Positions 43,728 to 54,417 are shown, numbered from the stretch's first letter. The stretch: 64,000 nt of DNA from an uncultured virus (IMG/VR IMGVR_UViG_3300042888_001173) (IMGVR_UViG_3300042888_001173), one strand, 5' to 3'. Program-made: numbers and translations. The notes: a model not told the origin generated them from the sequence alone.

Positions 43728-45611
43728 CTATGGTCCCGTGCCTTGTGTTACTGAAACACTACATCCAGATAATGTAGCACACTGTTGTGTAATATTAATG
43801 TTTTGTGCTGTGGTGCCTTGTTGTATTAGATTAACTGTGCTAGAGCCACCAGCATTGGTCAAGTTGATAGTGGCTTTGTGACTGCCTGCGTCCTTTTGAC
43901 TGGCAGTAACATTGTGCCCGTTGCCTGTTAGGCTTAGATCAAAGTAACTGCCTGATCCTTGTTGTGTAACATCAAATACATTAGTATTACCGTTGACAAC
44001 GCCAAAGAATGTTTTCTCACCGTTGCCCATTTGCTTCAGTGTTCCTTGATTGCTATTACCAGTGACATCAACATAGGCAAAGTGCCCACTTGCAGTTCCG
44101 CCGTCATTGCTTTGTTTTAGACTCAACGTGTTTGTGCTGCCGTTGATATTTAGACCCATATAGTGTCCACCACTCTCTTGTCCGTCTTGTAAGCCAGTTG
44201 TAGGATTACGTGCTTGCCATAAGGTAATGTTATTTGTGTTGCCTGTGACGCTGAATTCAAACAAGTTCTTACCCAGGGTATCACCTTGTTTGATGTTTAA
44301 GGTATTGTTGTCACCGTCTATGACAGCGTAGTCAGTGCCACCTAGGCCTGAGATCTTATTATAGTTGCCTGTTTGTTCAATGGTTATTGCATTACCGCTA
44401 CTGCCAATCTTTTGATCAAGATATAAACTGTTGCCCAATGTAATGTTACTAACACGACTCTTAGCAGAATTCTTCTGCGCTGTTTGATTTACAGTTATGT
44501 CGCTAGTAGAAGGCCAAGTAGGAGCACAGTCGGCGCAAACGCTGCCTGCTTGACCTGGATTAGCAGGAGTTCCGCCTGAACCAGTATCAGTACTAGTAAC
44601 GCCATCATTTAAATCATAGTAGTAGGTAACTTCAGCAATTTGCATACTGTCGCAGTTTAACCCACAGAATTCCCCTGCTTTAGTTGTTGGAAACAATATG
44701 AAGTAGTAGATATAGGCAGTAGTATTGCCTGTCGCTATTTCGGGACTAGTCCAAAATCTCGACTCGCTTAAACTTAAACTATCTTGTTTAATCAGTGTCC
44801 AGTTGGCACCGTTATTACTACCATACAGTTTATAGCTAGTAGGATCACGGCCACTAAAATCATTAGCAGTTGTAATAGTAAATTTCTGAACCACTCGACC
44901 TTGACTTAGTTTGACAGTTACACCTGCATTCTTTTTGTCAAAATTTAGATATTTGGTATTAACATTGCCGTCAAAGGCCTGTGTTGCACCTTCTCCAAAC
45001 GGACTGTTATTGCTAGTGGGAAATATAGTGCTGATAACCACAGGTGTGCTATTAGTTCTAATCAATTTCCAGTCAGCCGGGGCACTACTCGGTGTAGTTG
45101 TAGCAGTTTGTCCTGCGGTCAACGGTACAGTAGAATAGTTAGCGTTGGCATAAGTGTTGGCCTGTGCTACTGTGGGGTTAAGTGTGCCAGTCCATGAAAC
45201 ACCGTTAGTGTTATTCATACCACTTGATCCACTGAATAACTGTCCTGTGTTATTGTCACTGCCCACAAAGAAGAAATAGTCAGGACCCATGTTGACAATC
45301 TTACCGGTGCCAATAGTACCTGCTAGTGTGCCATTGCTATTGTAAACTTTACCTTCGTAAGGGTAACTACCATTACCAGTTGCTGCAAATTGAACATATT
45401 GTCCTGCTTGCCAACTCCAGGTTCCGTTAAACCAAGGAATCTTATACATAGTACCCGGTTGTTTACTGTAGATTTGGCAGGTAGTAGTATTGAGACAGGC
45501 ATTGACATTCCACTGACTGTCGGCAATTTGGCTTTGTCCAAACTTGATATCAGTTAGGTCAGCAAATGCATTAGAGCATACGAACAGTAAAGCTAATAAT
45601 ATCTTTTTCAT
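43728..45611 (-). CDS. secreted protein with discoidin/F5-8C-like domain and curlin-like repeats
   Basis: Signal peptide; AFDGN..TKYLNF...TAND..RDP....LYGSN; Q-x-G-x-x-N repeats. Confidence 0.7.
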   Translation of the reverse strand: MKKILLALLFVCSNAFADLTDIKFGQSQIADSQWNVNACLNTTTCQIYSKQPGTMYKIPWFNGTWSWQAGQYVQFAATGNGSYPYEGKVYNSNGTLAGTIGTGKIVNMGPDYFFFVGSDNNTGQLFSGSSGMNNTNGVSWTGTLNPTVAQANTYANANYSTVPLTAGQTATTTPSSAPADWKLIRTNSTPVVISTIFPTSNNSPFGEGATQAFDGNVNTKYLNFDKKNAGVTVKLSQGRVVQKFTITTANDFSGRDPTSYKLYGSNNGANWTLIKQDSLSLSESRFWTSPEIATGNTTAYIYYFILFPTTKAGEFCGLNCDSMQIAEVTYYYDLNDGVTSTDTGSGGTPANPGQAGSVCADCAPTWPSTSDITVNQTAQKNSAKSRVSNITLGNSLYLDQKIGSSGNAITIEQTGNYNKISGLGGTDYAVIDGDNNTLNIKQGDTLGKNLFEFSVTGNTNNITLWQARNPTTGLQDGQESGGHYMGLNINGSTNTLSLKQSNDGGTASGHFAYVDVTGNSNQGTLKQMGNGEKTFFGVVNGNTNVFDVTQQGSGSYFDLSLTGNGHNVTASQKDAGSHKATINLTNAGGSSTVNLIQQGTTAQNINITQQCATLSGCSVSVTQGTGP

Positions 45612-46786
45612 CTAAAGTTCTGATTGATAACAATCTGTCCCACGGCTTTACCACTGCTGAAGTTCCAACTGTTGGTCTGCATGTCCTGTGTAACAATCAC
45701 CTGCACTTTGGTATCTAAAGGCATAACAACATTAGCATAGTTGCGACTGTTAGGGCTTAGGCTTTCAAACATCCAACCTATTTGTTGTGTTTCGCTTTTA
45801 TCTTTAAACAATTTCTTAACGTAGGGATTTTCAGTTTCGCTTACTGCGGCCACTTCAGTGACTAAGGCATCTTTGTTAGCGGCAGTATCTAATCCTACCT
45901 TAGTAGCAGTGTCTAAATTCTCATCGCCTTCATTGGCACTACGTCCTTGCTTATAAGACTTGTTGCTTCCACCTTTTTCACCTTTACTAGCCACTTGTTG
46001 TTTTTCGCCATCTTTAGCATCATCTTTGTCATCTTTGTCTTTGTCGTCTTTTTTGCCGTCTTTCTTCGCATCGCCTGTCTTTTCAGCAGCAGCACGAGCA
46101 GCAGCGATCACGCTGACTCCAGTAGTAGTTCTTGGAGGATTAACCATTAGGTTGTTGCCAATGGCCATGCCGTTGAGAGCAACAATAACAGCAGGACTAG
46201 GAATACCATTTAATGTTTCAACTAAGGTAGCTTGATAAGGACGATTAAGTTTAACTATGCCTGCCGGTGTCTCTACATCAATAGCGCCACTGCCGCAGGT
46301 AAGTCCTTTTAAGTTTACGTTTTGTTCTATTTCACAGGTTGGCATCAACATGATCATACTAGCGCCTGTTTCACTAACAGCCATGACAAAGTCTGTGCCA
46401 CGAACAGCAATGGCCGCAGTAGGTGTGTTGATTTTTACATTCTTGGGGTCTTTGGCAATACTGCCTGATACATAGCGCACAGTACCTGCGGCAGCTTTAA
46501 GTCCTAGTTTTCCGGCACCGCTTTTAGGATCATATACAAAATCGTCAATAATAAGGCTACTCGACTCAGTAACAGTAACGTTCGTATCGTCTTTAAAAAC
46601 GATCTTGACTTTTCCATTCTTAGTTTCAATCTTGTCATTGGTTTTGATTTCTGTGCCTTTGACAATTTGAATTGTATCTTTACCACGCTTGATAATAGCA
46701 GTACCGGACGATTCAGTAACCGATCCGATATCTGCCCATGCCGACACGGCTGTGATCAAGCCTATGATAAGAGCAGCAACTCTCAT
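45608..46786 (-). CDS. FecR-domain protein
   Basis: Signal peptide; D.IET..G...I.F.D.T...TPTAAIAVRGTDF. Confidence 0.85.
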   Translation of the reverse strand: MRVAALIIGLITAVSAWADIGSVTESSGTAIIKRGKDTIQIVKGTEIKTNDKIETKNGKVKIVFKDDTNVTVTESSSLIIDDFVYDPKSGAGKLGLKAAAGTVRYVSGSIAKDPKNVKINTPTAAIAVRGTDFVMAVSETGASMIMLMPTCEIEQNVNLKGLTCGSGAIDVETPAGIVKLNRPYQATLVETLNGIPSPAVIVALNGMAIGNNLMVNPPRTTTGVSVIAAARAAAEKTGDAKKDGKKDDKDKDDKDDAKDGEKQQVASKGEKGGSNKSYKQGRSANEGDENLDTATKVGLDTAANKDALVTEVAAVSETENPYVKKLFKDKSETQQIGWMFESLSPNSRNYANVVMPLDTKVQVIVTQDMQTNSWNFSSGKAVGQIVINQNFR

Positions 46787-46795
46787 TGCCGTTCC

Positions 46796-47584
46796 TTAGT
46801 TCTTCTGTGTTATATTGAATATACCGCTGTTGGATATACTTTTGATATTAACCACGTTGTCAATAGTTCCAGTTTGGCTGATAGTAAACTTGTTGCTGTT
46901 ACCAGCCAAGTCAACCCAAACACTACTACCAGCTGCACCAGTTGAACGCTGACTGATGTTAAACTCGTTAGTATCACCTACCACTTTGATTGTGTCAGTG
47001 TGCTTGCCACCAATAGCATCAATGAAGAACTTGTTGGTGTTGCCCGTTACATCAATAGCAGCTTTCAAGTCGTCGCCTGTGCCACGATATTGAATTTCAT
47101 TGCTGTTGCCTGTGAACTTCATGTTTAGGTCAGCTGCTTTACATCCCGTTAGTGCTGTAGTTCCATCGCTGGCATTGCCATAACCGCAGGCCACGTCAGC
47201 TTTGTTAGTGTTACCCAACTGCTGAATAGTCACGGTTGCGCCAACACCTGTGCCTGTGGTGTCGTTCTTTACTTCTAGGTTGATTTCGTTGCTGGCACCA
47301 ACTTGGTTAGTAACAATCTTCTGATCAATGCCACGTAGGTATACTGGACGAGCAGCTGATCCTGCTTTGTTACCTGATCCATTTTGTGTCATATTGACAT
47401 TAGGATTGTCACCGCTTTGATCGATAAAGATGCGGTTAGTTGTGGCAATGGCTAGTGAGGCTGTTGCGTTAGGGCTAACAGTTACCATTGTTGGGATTGT
47501 GGCTGCACTTGGTGCAGTTACAGCAGTCTGGGCCATTACTGGAAATGCTGCTGCTAATAATATTGTTATAATTGTTTGTTTCAT
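46796..47584 (-). CDS. curlin-like beta-solenoid repeat protein
   Basis: Signal peptide; repeated Q.G..N / G..N. Confidence 0.7.
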   Translation of the reverse strand: MKQTIITILLAAAFPVMAQTAVTAPSAATIPTMVTVSPNATASLAIATTNRIFIDQSGDNPNVNMTQNGSGNKAGSAARPVYLRGIDQKIVTNQVGASNEINLEVKNDTTGTGVGATVTIQQLGNTNKADVACGYGNASDGTTALTGCKAADLNMKFTGNSNEIQYRGTGDDLKAAIDVTGNTNKFFIDAIGGKHTDTIKVVGDTNEFNISQRSTGAAGSSVWVDLAGNSNKFTISQTGTIDNVVNIKSISNSGIFNITQKN

Positions 47585-47612
47585 TTTTTGCTCCTAACCT
47601 TGTGGGTTATTT

Positions 47613-48551
47613 TTACTTCCAGAACTGGATTCGTGTCCAGATACTCTTCTCTTTGCTTCCTTCAACACTTTTTCCGCTATCGGACTGCTGTGGTGAGGAT
47701 GCAGTTTTGGCTGCGTCTTTGGTCTTGGTTTGTGCTTGAACCAACTCATTGGACTTCTCCTTGAATTGCCACAGGCCACCACGCTCTCCCTTTTTAATCA
47801 ACTCAATAACCGCTGTTTCGATTGCTGAACGTAGGGCATAGTTACCTGGCTCGTTAAATGTTTGGCTTGAATCAAATTCAAATGCCTGTGTTGCTTGGTT
47901 GAAAAACTTCAACGCAGTGGCACCGTCGGCGGTGCTGAGCAAGTTCTTTTCCACTGTAACAGTGGTTAGTACTTCTCCAGTTTGAACACTGACCAAACGT
48001 AGGCTGATCACAACCACGTCTTGAGTATAGGCGGTAGATGTTCCAATACCTAACCAACGAGCACCTGTGCCGCCTGTTAGTGTATTGCTGTTATAATCAA
48101 TAATGCCACCTTCTAGAATAACACCAGCCATTTGCAATGGTGGTAACGGTTTGGCATTAGCGCCTTCGTAGATCTCACGTGTCTGTTTGATCATCTGACG
48201 CTCTTTTAACAAGTTGTCCAAGCCAACACGCTCAACAACTGTGAACCATTGACGATTACCAACTTCTTGTAAACTCTTCATTAGGTATGCTTCAGCACCC
48301 TGGGTGACTGCTGTTGAAAACAAGCTGAGTGTTGAACTTGGCTTTCGCTGTCCTGTTAGGTCTTTGAAACCATACACTGCCACTGTCACTGCCGGACCTG
48401 CTGGTGCAGGAACATTGGCAAAACTCTTGTTGATTGTGTCTGTAACTGTAGCTTCTTCTTTGATTTGTGTACTGCCCCATGGACGTACGGTTGAACATCC
48501 AGCTAGGGCTACTACGGCTAATGTGATTAAGGATAATTTAATTGCTTTCAT
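47613..48551 (-). CDS. csgG: curli secretion channel CsgG-family lipoprotein
   Basis: Lipobox LAGC; F.DLTGQ.KP, STAVTQG, WF.VVER.GLDNLL.ER. Confidence 0.93.
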   Translation of the reverse strand: MKAIKLSLITLAVVALAGCSTVRPWGSTQIKEEATVTDTINKSFANVPAPAGPAVTVAVYGFKDLTGQRKPSSTLSLFSTAVTQGAEAYLMKSLQEVGNRQWFTVVERVGLDNLLKERQMIKQTREIYEGANAKPLPPLQMAGVILEGGIIDYNSNTLTGGTGARWLGIGTSTAYTQDVVVISLRLVSVQTGEVLTTVTVEKNLLSTADGATALKFFNQATQAFEFDSSQTFNEPGNYALRSAIETAVIELIKKGERGGLWQFKEKSNELVQAQTKTKDAAKTASSPQQSDSGKSVEGSKEKSIWTRIQFWK

Positions 48552-48560
48552 ATTTTCTCC

Positions 48561-49043
48561 TTAAAAACTAAAACTAGCAATTGGAACTATAACTCGAGTA
48601 ACAGTACCTTTGGCATCTACTACTGTCAGTGTAACTTTGTCGTTGGCCTTGGCCCAGGTAACTGTATTACCATCTAGAGCAAAGTTACCTGTTGTTGGAT
48701 TCACGCAACCTGGAATCGCCGTGCCATCTGCGGCAGCGCATTTGTTTGTGAATAGGTTGTTGCTTAACTGTGTTGCAAGTTGAGCATATACTTGACTTTG
48801 AAATAGACTCATGAATCTATTCAACGGGGTGTTTAGCAGTTCAGCCTCAGCTTTGGCAATGGCTGCTTTTTTGTCTGCTTCGATAGCATCACGTCGTGAC
48901 TTTTCAATGCTGTCAATGGTCAACACATGACTGCTAAATCCAATGCCACTAAAGGCTGGATTTTTAAATTGTTGTACTAACTCTGCTTGTGCAGTCGTGG
49001 ATAATGCCAGCATCATCCCTAGTGTCACTAAGGTTTTCTTCAT
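48561..49043 (-). CDS. csgF: curli assembly CsgF-like protein
   Basis: Mature N-terminus ELVQQFKNPAFSG, adjacent to csgG. Confidence 0.8.
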   Translation of the reverse strand: MKKTLVTLGMMLALSTTAQAELVQQFKNPAFSGIGFSSHVLTIDSIEKSRRDAIEADKKAAIAKAEAELLNTPLNRFMSLFQSQVYAQLATQLSNNLFTNKCAAADGTAIPGCVNPTTGNFALDGNTVTWAKANDKVTLTVVDAKGTVTRVIVPIASFSF

Positions 49044-49106
49044 CGGTTCGCTCCCGGGTTTGTAATGTATTTACCGGGAGTTGTGCTAGAATAAACTATG
49101 AGTTAT

Positions 49107-49475
49107 CTAAAGACAGATGACAGCCGCAATGGCCAAGTAAGATGCTTGATGCGCTAGTTGATCTAGGCCGAATTGATTCCAAAATAAGGGTTTAGTATTG
49201 TCTTTGCAACCGTATTTTACCTTGGTGTAATCTATTACATAATGATATACGCCTTCAATAACTGCTACAGATATCATTGTAACAGCACTGATTGGATGAA
49301 AGAAACTAAAAATCAACAATAATACTAATGTTCCCCAGACATGATCTAGCGTATGACTTATGCCAACAGGATCTAGCCACACACCTTTTTTAACGGTCTG
49401 CATATAGGTCTGTATCTTAAAATCAGCATACCAGTGCTTGATTTGAAACAGTAGTAAAAGTGCAAGAATTTCCAT
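49107..49475 (-). CDS. DUF3307-like membrane protein
   Basis: KH..ADF..Q, HY.IDY.K, GLDQLAH. Confidence 0.75.
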   Translation of the reverse strand: MEILALLLLFQIKHWYADFKIQTYMQTVKKGVWLDPVGISHTLDHVWGTLVLLLIFSFFHPISAVTMISVAVIEGVYHYVIDYTKVKYGCKDNTKPLFWNQFGLDQLAHQASYLAIAAVICL

Positions 49476-49498
49476 GTTAGCTATTTATATAGCTGAAT

Positions 49499-50179
49499 TT
49501 ATTTCAATTCAGGAAAAAGACAGTCCTGGATAAACATTTGGACATCTTCCTCGCTTAAACCTAAACTGACCATTACTTTAGGAGTATGTGGGTTTTGCTT
49601 TTGGTTTTGAGCATAGTAATTCTGCTGATCTTTGGTGCTTTCTGCAGTATTATTAGTTTCTCCCACACATTCTGTGTAGTGATTAACTAGTATATGTGCT
49701 AGACTTGCAATCTGTGCTAATTCGCTTTCGTCGCTGACATTGCCCGCAGCAATCATATGCGGACTAAAAATACGCTCTGCCCATTCGGGAAGTTTACGTG
49801 GTTTATTCCAGTCGTATCGGCCAACTTCTTCAGCAAAGTATTCAATCATAGGATGATCAAAATCACCTGTAGGACTATAATCAATAAAGCAACCTGTGAT
49901 CTTATTCTTACCTGCTATTACGTCAAAGCCAAAAATAGGAGCAGGGTTGTGTGTATGTGGAAACACACAGCAGTGCATCATCCATAACCCTTTACTTTCT
50001 CGAGCATCTACAACATCAATGTGAGCACGACGATAACGATCGCTAGTCCAGATGCGATTAACCCAACCTGGCTGATTAAATCTTTCCATCCCAGATTCAT
50101 TAACCTCTTGACCCGTGCGGCTGAAGTTATCTTCCAATAGATGTTGGATCTCAACTAACTTTTCCCAAACTTGACTCAT
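49499..50179 (-). CDS. ferredoxin-dependent bilin reductase (PcyA/PcyX-like)
   Basis: RRAHID, HCC.FP, PIFGFD, D.SP, LPEWA..IFS, Q..N..T; next to heme oxygenase. Confidence 0.85.
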   Translation of the reverse strand: MSQVWEKLVEIQHLLEDNFSRTGQEVNESGMERFNQPGWVNRIWTSDRYRRAHIDVVDARESKGLWMMHCCVFPHTHNPAPIFGFDVIAGKNKITGCFIDYSPTGDFDHPMIEYFAEEVGRYDWNKPRKLPEWAERIFSPHMIAAGNVSDESELAQIASLAHILVNHYTECVGETNNTAESTKDQQNYYAQNQKQNPHTPKVMVSLGLSEEDVQMFIQDCLFPELK

Positions 50180-50724
50180 CAGTGCCTTTCATTGTTTAGA
50201 GCCTTCATTATCTTGATAGCCCATTCAAAGGCTATTCGAGCTTCGGGTCCTAGGTCATCAGTGAGTTCAGCACGGATGGCTGCTTTTAAATTATGTGCAT
50301 CGTCAAAGTCATAGAATCTTCCTTGACCCGGCGCTTTCTTTTTAATAATTTGTCCGCCAAACAAGTCTCCCATATGACGACAATACATATGAGCTTTTAT
50401 CAAATGTTTTCTTTCAGGATTCATATTGAGTTCTAAAAGATATTGATAGTACTCAATGGTAACCGGCAACCAAAACAAGTTGTGATGTGGACCAACTAGT
50501 TCTATACAATCTTGATAGATCTTGTGTGTTCGTTCAATATCTTTTAGATTGGTCAACATTCCTTGACTTTTACAGGCAGTTTCGATACCGTTATAGACCA
50601 GCACCATTTGCCAAAGATAATTAGCATATTCTTCTGCGGTAAAAGACCCGCTGACCAATTTCGTTGCGAAGATTGTTTTTTCTGCTTCTTCGTGCAGATC
50701 GTGTGTGATTTCTCGTAGACTCAT
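50179..50724 (-). CDS. heme oxygenase
   Basis: LRE.T..LH..AE, H.Y.R.MGDL.GGQ. Confidence 0.92.
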   Translation of the reverse strand: MSLREITHDLHEEAEKTIFATKLVSGSFTAEEYANYLWQMVLVYNGIETACKSQGMLTNLKDIERTHKIYQDCIELVGPHHNLFWLPVTIEYYQYLLELNMNPERKHLIKAHMYCRHMGDLFGGQIIKKKAPGQGRFYDFDDAHNLKAAIRAELTDDLGPEARIAFEWAIKIMKALNNERH

Positions 50725-50735
50725 AATATGTATAT

Positions 50736-51005
50736 TTAATTCTTTAATTTGAACTTCAAAAGAAAAATCAGGAGGTCTTTCTCCTGATCTAATTTAACAG
50801 TATATATCTGTTCATTTTGCCTTTGAAAATGCCATCTTTGGCCTAATGGGCCAAACAAACTTTCTAGATATGCTATCAAGGTTCTTTTTCCTTTTTTCCC
50901 AGAAGTTTGATTGCCGCTTCTACAATCAAAAAGAGTTAGCCAATATTGAAATCTCTTTGTGCCAAGATCAGTGTATTTTATAACTCTGATATCTTCTTGA
51001 TTCAT
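50736..51005 (-). CDS. hypothetical protein
   Basis: 89 aa, C-terminal EKDLLIFLLKF. Confidence 0.55.
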   Translation of the reverse strand: MNQEDIRVIKYTDLGTKRFQYWLTLFDCRSGNQTSGKKGKRTLIAYLESLFGPLGQRWHFQRQNEQIYTVKLDQEKDLLIFLLKFKLKN

Positions 51006-51304
51006 GCATCTGGTTCAATGGTTACCACTAAAGGAAATCCATTTTGTCTTGCAGCCTGAGTAGAATCGATGCCTTTTTGTTCGGCGATTTCGTGTGTATA
51101 GATTCCTGCTACCGCACTACCCGTGTTGTGTATTTCCAAGGTAATGTCTTTGGCTCGATCCTGTGCGTGTTTGAATATTTCAGTTAACACTTCGATGACA
51201 AATTCCATAGGAGTTTTATCATCGTTCAGCAATACAACTTTCCATAGCTTTGGTGGCTGTAAGGAAACTGTTATTTTTTCATCAATTTTTAAATCAGTGG
51301 ACAT
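51002..51304 (-). CDS. clpS: Clp protease adaptor ClpS
   Basis: VVLLNDDKTPMEFV, IH..G.A..G.Y..EIAE.K, FPL. Confidence 0.95.
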   Translation of the reverse strand: MSTDLKIDEKITVSLQPPKLWKVVLLNDDKTPMEFVIEVLTEIFKHAQDRAKDITLEIHNTGSAVAGIYTHEIAEQKGIDSTQAARQNGFPLVVTIEPDA

Positions 51305-51320
51305 ATTTTTATTTGCTCCA

Positions 51321-51347
51321 AATTAGGGGAGTAAGTCTCCCCTAATT
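51321..51347 (-). terminator. hairpin terminator
   Basis: AATTAGGGGAG-TAAGT-CTCCCCTAATT. Confidence 0.6.
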
Positions 51348-51349
51348 AA

Positions 51350-51787
51350 TTACTTAATTTCCACAATATCAATGATACGTGGTTTTTCGGATTCCGGAAC
51401 GTTACGGAAAAGTTGAATTCTCAACATACCGTTTCTAATCTCGGCTACCTTAACTTCCATGTGCTCTGCTAAAGTAAAAGTTTTTTCAAAGTCTCGTGTA
51501 GCAAGTCCACGATGAAGGTACATGGCATCTCCTAAAGACATTTCTTTAGATTCGCCAAATACGCTCAATTGATTGCGCTCGACTTCTACTCGAATTTCTT
51601 CCTTCTCAAATCCAGTAATTGCAATTTGAATTTCGTATTGGTCTTCATTCCATTTGAGGATATTAAATGGAGGATAGTTGGTAGACACTTGGTTGGCAAA
51701 TCTGCGTTCCATTTGGTCAAACATTGTGTCAAATCCCACAAGTGCTCTGCTCAGTGTGTCTAATCTCGATAGTTGATTGTTGTTCAT
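51350..51787 (-). CDS. small heat shock protein (IbpA-like Hsp20)
   Basis: GFD, YPPFNI, YLHRGLA.R.F...F.LAE, NGML.I. Confidence 0.95.
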   Translation of the reverse strand: MNNNQLSRLDTLSRALVGFDTMFDQMERRFANQVSTNYPPFNILKWNEDQYEIQIAITGFEKEEIRVEVERNQLSVFGESKEMSLGDAMYLHRGLATRDFEKTFTLAEHMEVKVAEIRNGMLRIQLFRNVPESEKPRIIDIVEIK

Positions 51788-51846
51788 AATAGTCTCCTTA
51801 TAAAGTAAGAACAATGGGGGCCTCGAAAGTACCCCCTATTTGACAA

Positions 51847-53748
51847 TTAGCTAAACTTAGTTTCAGTAAACGTAGCGTCTACCACATTGTCATCTGCTTT
51901 GGCTTCTGGTTGAGGCGCCTGAGCTGCCTGTTCCTTGGCCTGCTTTTTATCCAATAATGTTTTCATTGCCGGATAAACCTTGTTGAGTTCTTCAGTGATC
52001 TTTTCAGGGTCTGTGCCTTTGGTAGCTTCTTCTACTGCTTTGATCACTGTTTCTAACTCAGTGATTTCTGTTTCAGAAAGTTCTGAACGGAACTCTTCTA
52101 GATCTTTACGTACTTCGTGCATCTGTGCTTCAGCACCATTACGTGTTTCAATCAGTGTACGTGCTTTCTTATCTGCTTCTGCATTGACTTCAGCATCTTG
52201 AACCATACGCTCGATTTCTTCTTTGCTCAATCCACTATCTGATTTAATAGTGATTTTGTTTTCTTTGCCGGTGTTTTTGTCTTTGGCGCTGACGTGCATG
52301 ATACCGTTGGCGTCAATGTCAAAACTCACTTCAATCTGAGGTTGTCCTCTGCGTCCTGGTGCAATACCTTCTAGGTTAAACTCGCCTAGTAACTTGTTAT
52401 GTTGTACGAGTTCGCGTTCACCTTGAAACGCTTTGATGGTCACAGCAGGCTGGTTGTCTTCTGCTGTAGAGAATGTTTGACTAGCTTTAGTTGGGATAGT
52501 TGTATTCTTTTGCACCAGCTTGGTCATAATGCCACCCATGGTCTCAATGCCTAGACTCAACGGTGTAACATCCAACAACAAAACGTCATTGCGATCACCA
52601 CCTAGAACAGCACCTTGAATGGCGGCGCCTGCGGCCACAGCTTCGTCGGGGTTAACATCTTTACGGGGTGCTTTGCCAAACAGTTGCTCAACAGCTTCTT
52701 GTACTTTAGGCATACGTGTTTGACCACCAACAAGAATAACTTCGTCGATGTCAGTGGCGGTAATGCCTGCATCTTTCATAGCTGTGCGGCAAGGTGCTAG
52801 ACTACGTTCGATTAGATCAGCTACAAGACTTTCTAGTTTTGCACGGGTGATCTTTACCACTAGATGTTTAGGACCACTAGCATCAGCTGTAACGTATGGA
52901 AGATTGACTTCTGTTTGTGCAGAACTCGATAATTCAATCTTGGCTTTTTCAGCAGCATCTTTTAAACGCTGTAGGGCAAGCATATCTTTCTTGAGATCGA
53001 TTCCGGAATCTTTCTTGAATTCATCAACTAGGAATTCCATAATGCGTTGGTCAAAATCTTCACCACCTAGAAAGGTGTCACCATTGGTGCTTAGTACTTC
53101 GATTTGTTTGTCGCCTTCCACGTTCGCGATCTCAATGATCGATACGTCGAAAGTACCGCCACCAAGATCATAAACAGCAATCTTCCTGTCAGCTTTATCA
53201 GACTTATCAACGCCATAACTAAGAGCTGCCGCAGTAGGCTCGTTAATAATACGCAGTACCTCCAAGCCGGCAATCTGTCCAGCATCCTTGGTAGCTTGTC
53301 TTTGGCTGTCGTTAAAGTACGCAGGAACTGTGATAACTGCTTGAGTAACTTCATGACCTAAATAATCCTCCGCTGTCTTTTTCATTTTACGCAGAACTTC
53401 TGCTGAAATCTGCGGAGGAGCAAGACGTTGTTCTCCTGCCTTGACCCAAGCATCACCATTACCGTTTTGGATAATTTCATAAGGCATCAGGTCGATGTCC
53501 TTTTGAACTGCATCCTCAGTGAATTTACGACCAATCAAACGCTTGGCAGCATAGATGGTGTTTTTGGGATTTGTTACTGCCTGGCGTTTTGCGCTGGCAC
53601 CAACTAGAATTTCATTGTTGGTGTAGGCAACCACGCTGGGTGTAGTTCTAGCACCTTCTGAATTCTCAATAACTTTGGGAATTCCATTTTCGACGATAGC
53701 CACGCAAGAATTCGTGGTGCCGAGGTCAATACCGATGATCTTAGACAT
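51847..53748 (-). CDS. dnaK: chaperone DnaK (Hsp70)
   Basis: [25 protein letters not shown], full length 633 aa. Confidence 0.99.
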   Translation of the reverse strand: MSKIIGIDLGTTNSCVAIVENGIPKVIENSEGARTTPSVVAYTNNEILVGASAKRQAVTNPKNTIYAAKRLIGRKFTEDAVQKDIDLMPYEIIQNGNGDAWVKAGEQRLAPPQISAEVLRKMKKTAEDYLGHEVTQAVITVPAYFNDSQRQATKDAGQIAGLEVLRIINEPTAAALSYGVDKSDKADRKIAVYDLGGGTFDVSIIEIANVEGDKQIEVLSTNGDTFLGGEDFDQRIMEFLVDEFKKDSGIDLKKDMLALQRLKDAAEKAKIELSSSAQTEVNLPYVTADASGPKHLVVKITRAKLESLVADLIERSLAPCRTAMKDAGITATDIDEVILVGGQTRMPKVQEAVEQLFGKAPRKDVNPDEAVAAGAAIQGAVLGGDRNDVLLLDVTPLSLGIETMGGIMTKLVQKNTTIPTKASQTFSTAEDNQPAVTIKAFQGERELVQHNKLLGEFNLEGIAPGRRGQPQIEVSFDIDANGIMHVSAKDKNTGKENKITIKSDSGLSKEEIERMVQDAEVNAEADKKARTLIETRNGAEAQMHEVRKDLEEFRSELSETEITELETVIKAVEEATKGTDPEKITEELNKVYPAMKTLLDKKQAKEQAAQAPQPEAKADDNVVDATFTETKFS

Positions 53749-53829
53749 AATATCTCCTTATAAAGTAAGATCTAAATTGTGAGCACTATGCTCTGTAAAT
53801 TGCCCTATTGGTACAATTTACGATTTTAT

Positions 53830-54411
53830 TTATCTTTGATGTGCCAACGGTTGAAAAAGTTCACCGTTGATACTACTAGCAGTTCGTAATTTTTTATAAA
53901 CATTCTGAACACCTACTGCTTGATTCCAAGCATCTTCAAGGGCATGATGTTTTAGTACAGGAGGCCGGTTAGGATTGATTCCAATGTCAAATATAGTGCG
54001 AGTATCGCGTACTTCCCAGAAACTCCAAGGAATAGCTTTGCCTATCTTGCGAAAATAATGTTCTAAAATAATAACATCAAATCCTGCACCATGACTCCAT
54101 ACTCGCTTGCCGCCCCAACAAAACTTATACAGTTGTGTCATTGCTTCTTCGATAGAAATTCTATTTGCAGGATCAAATGCTTCGTCCTGAGCAGCTTGGC
54201 TTTGATTGGACCACCAGTCTAAGGTAGCCTGACTAACCGTAGCACCAATCCGATCACAACTATCAACATCAACACGGACATAAAATTTCTCACATTTTGG
54301 GTCATTAACATCGTCACCAAACGGATCAAATTTAACTGCTCCGATAGTAAGGATAGTTGCGGTGGGGAGTACGTCTAGCGTCTCCAAGTCAATCATAATA
54401 TCTGTGTTCAT
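53830..54411 (-). CDS. DEDDh 3'-5' exonuclease (Rv2179c-like)
   Basis: MIDLETL, FD, RDTRT, HHALEDA. Confidence 0.85.
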   Translation of the reverse strand: MNTDIMIDLETLDVLPTATILTIGAVKFDPFGDDVNDPKCEKFYVRVDVDSCDRIGATVSQATLDWWSNQSQAAQDEAFDPANRISIEEAMTQLYKFCWGGKRVWSHGAGFDVIILEHYFRKIGKAIPWSFWEVRDTRTIFDIGINPNRPPVLKHHALEDAWNQAVGVQNVYKKLRTASSINGELFQPLAHQR

Positions 54412-54417
54412 ACAGCT

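Noticed and set aside
51980..53361. Overlapping alternate-frame and antisense ORFs inside dnaK
   Set aside because: Typical shadows of a codon-biased conserved gene
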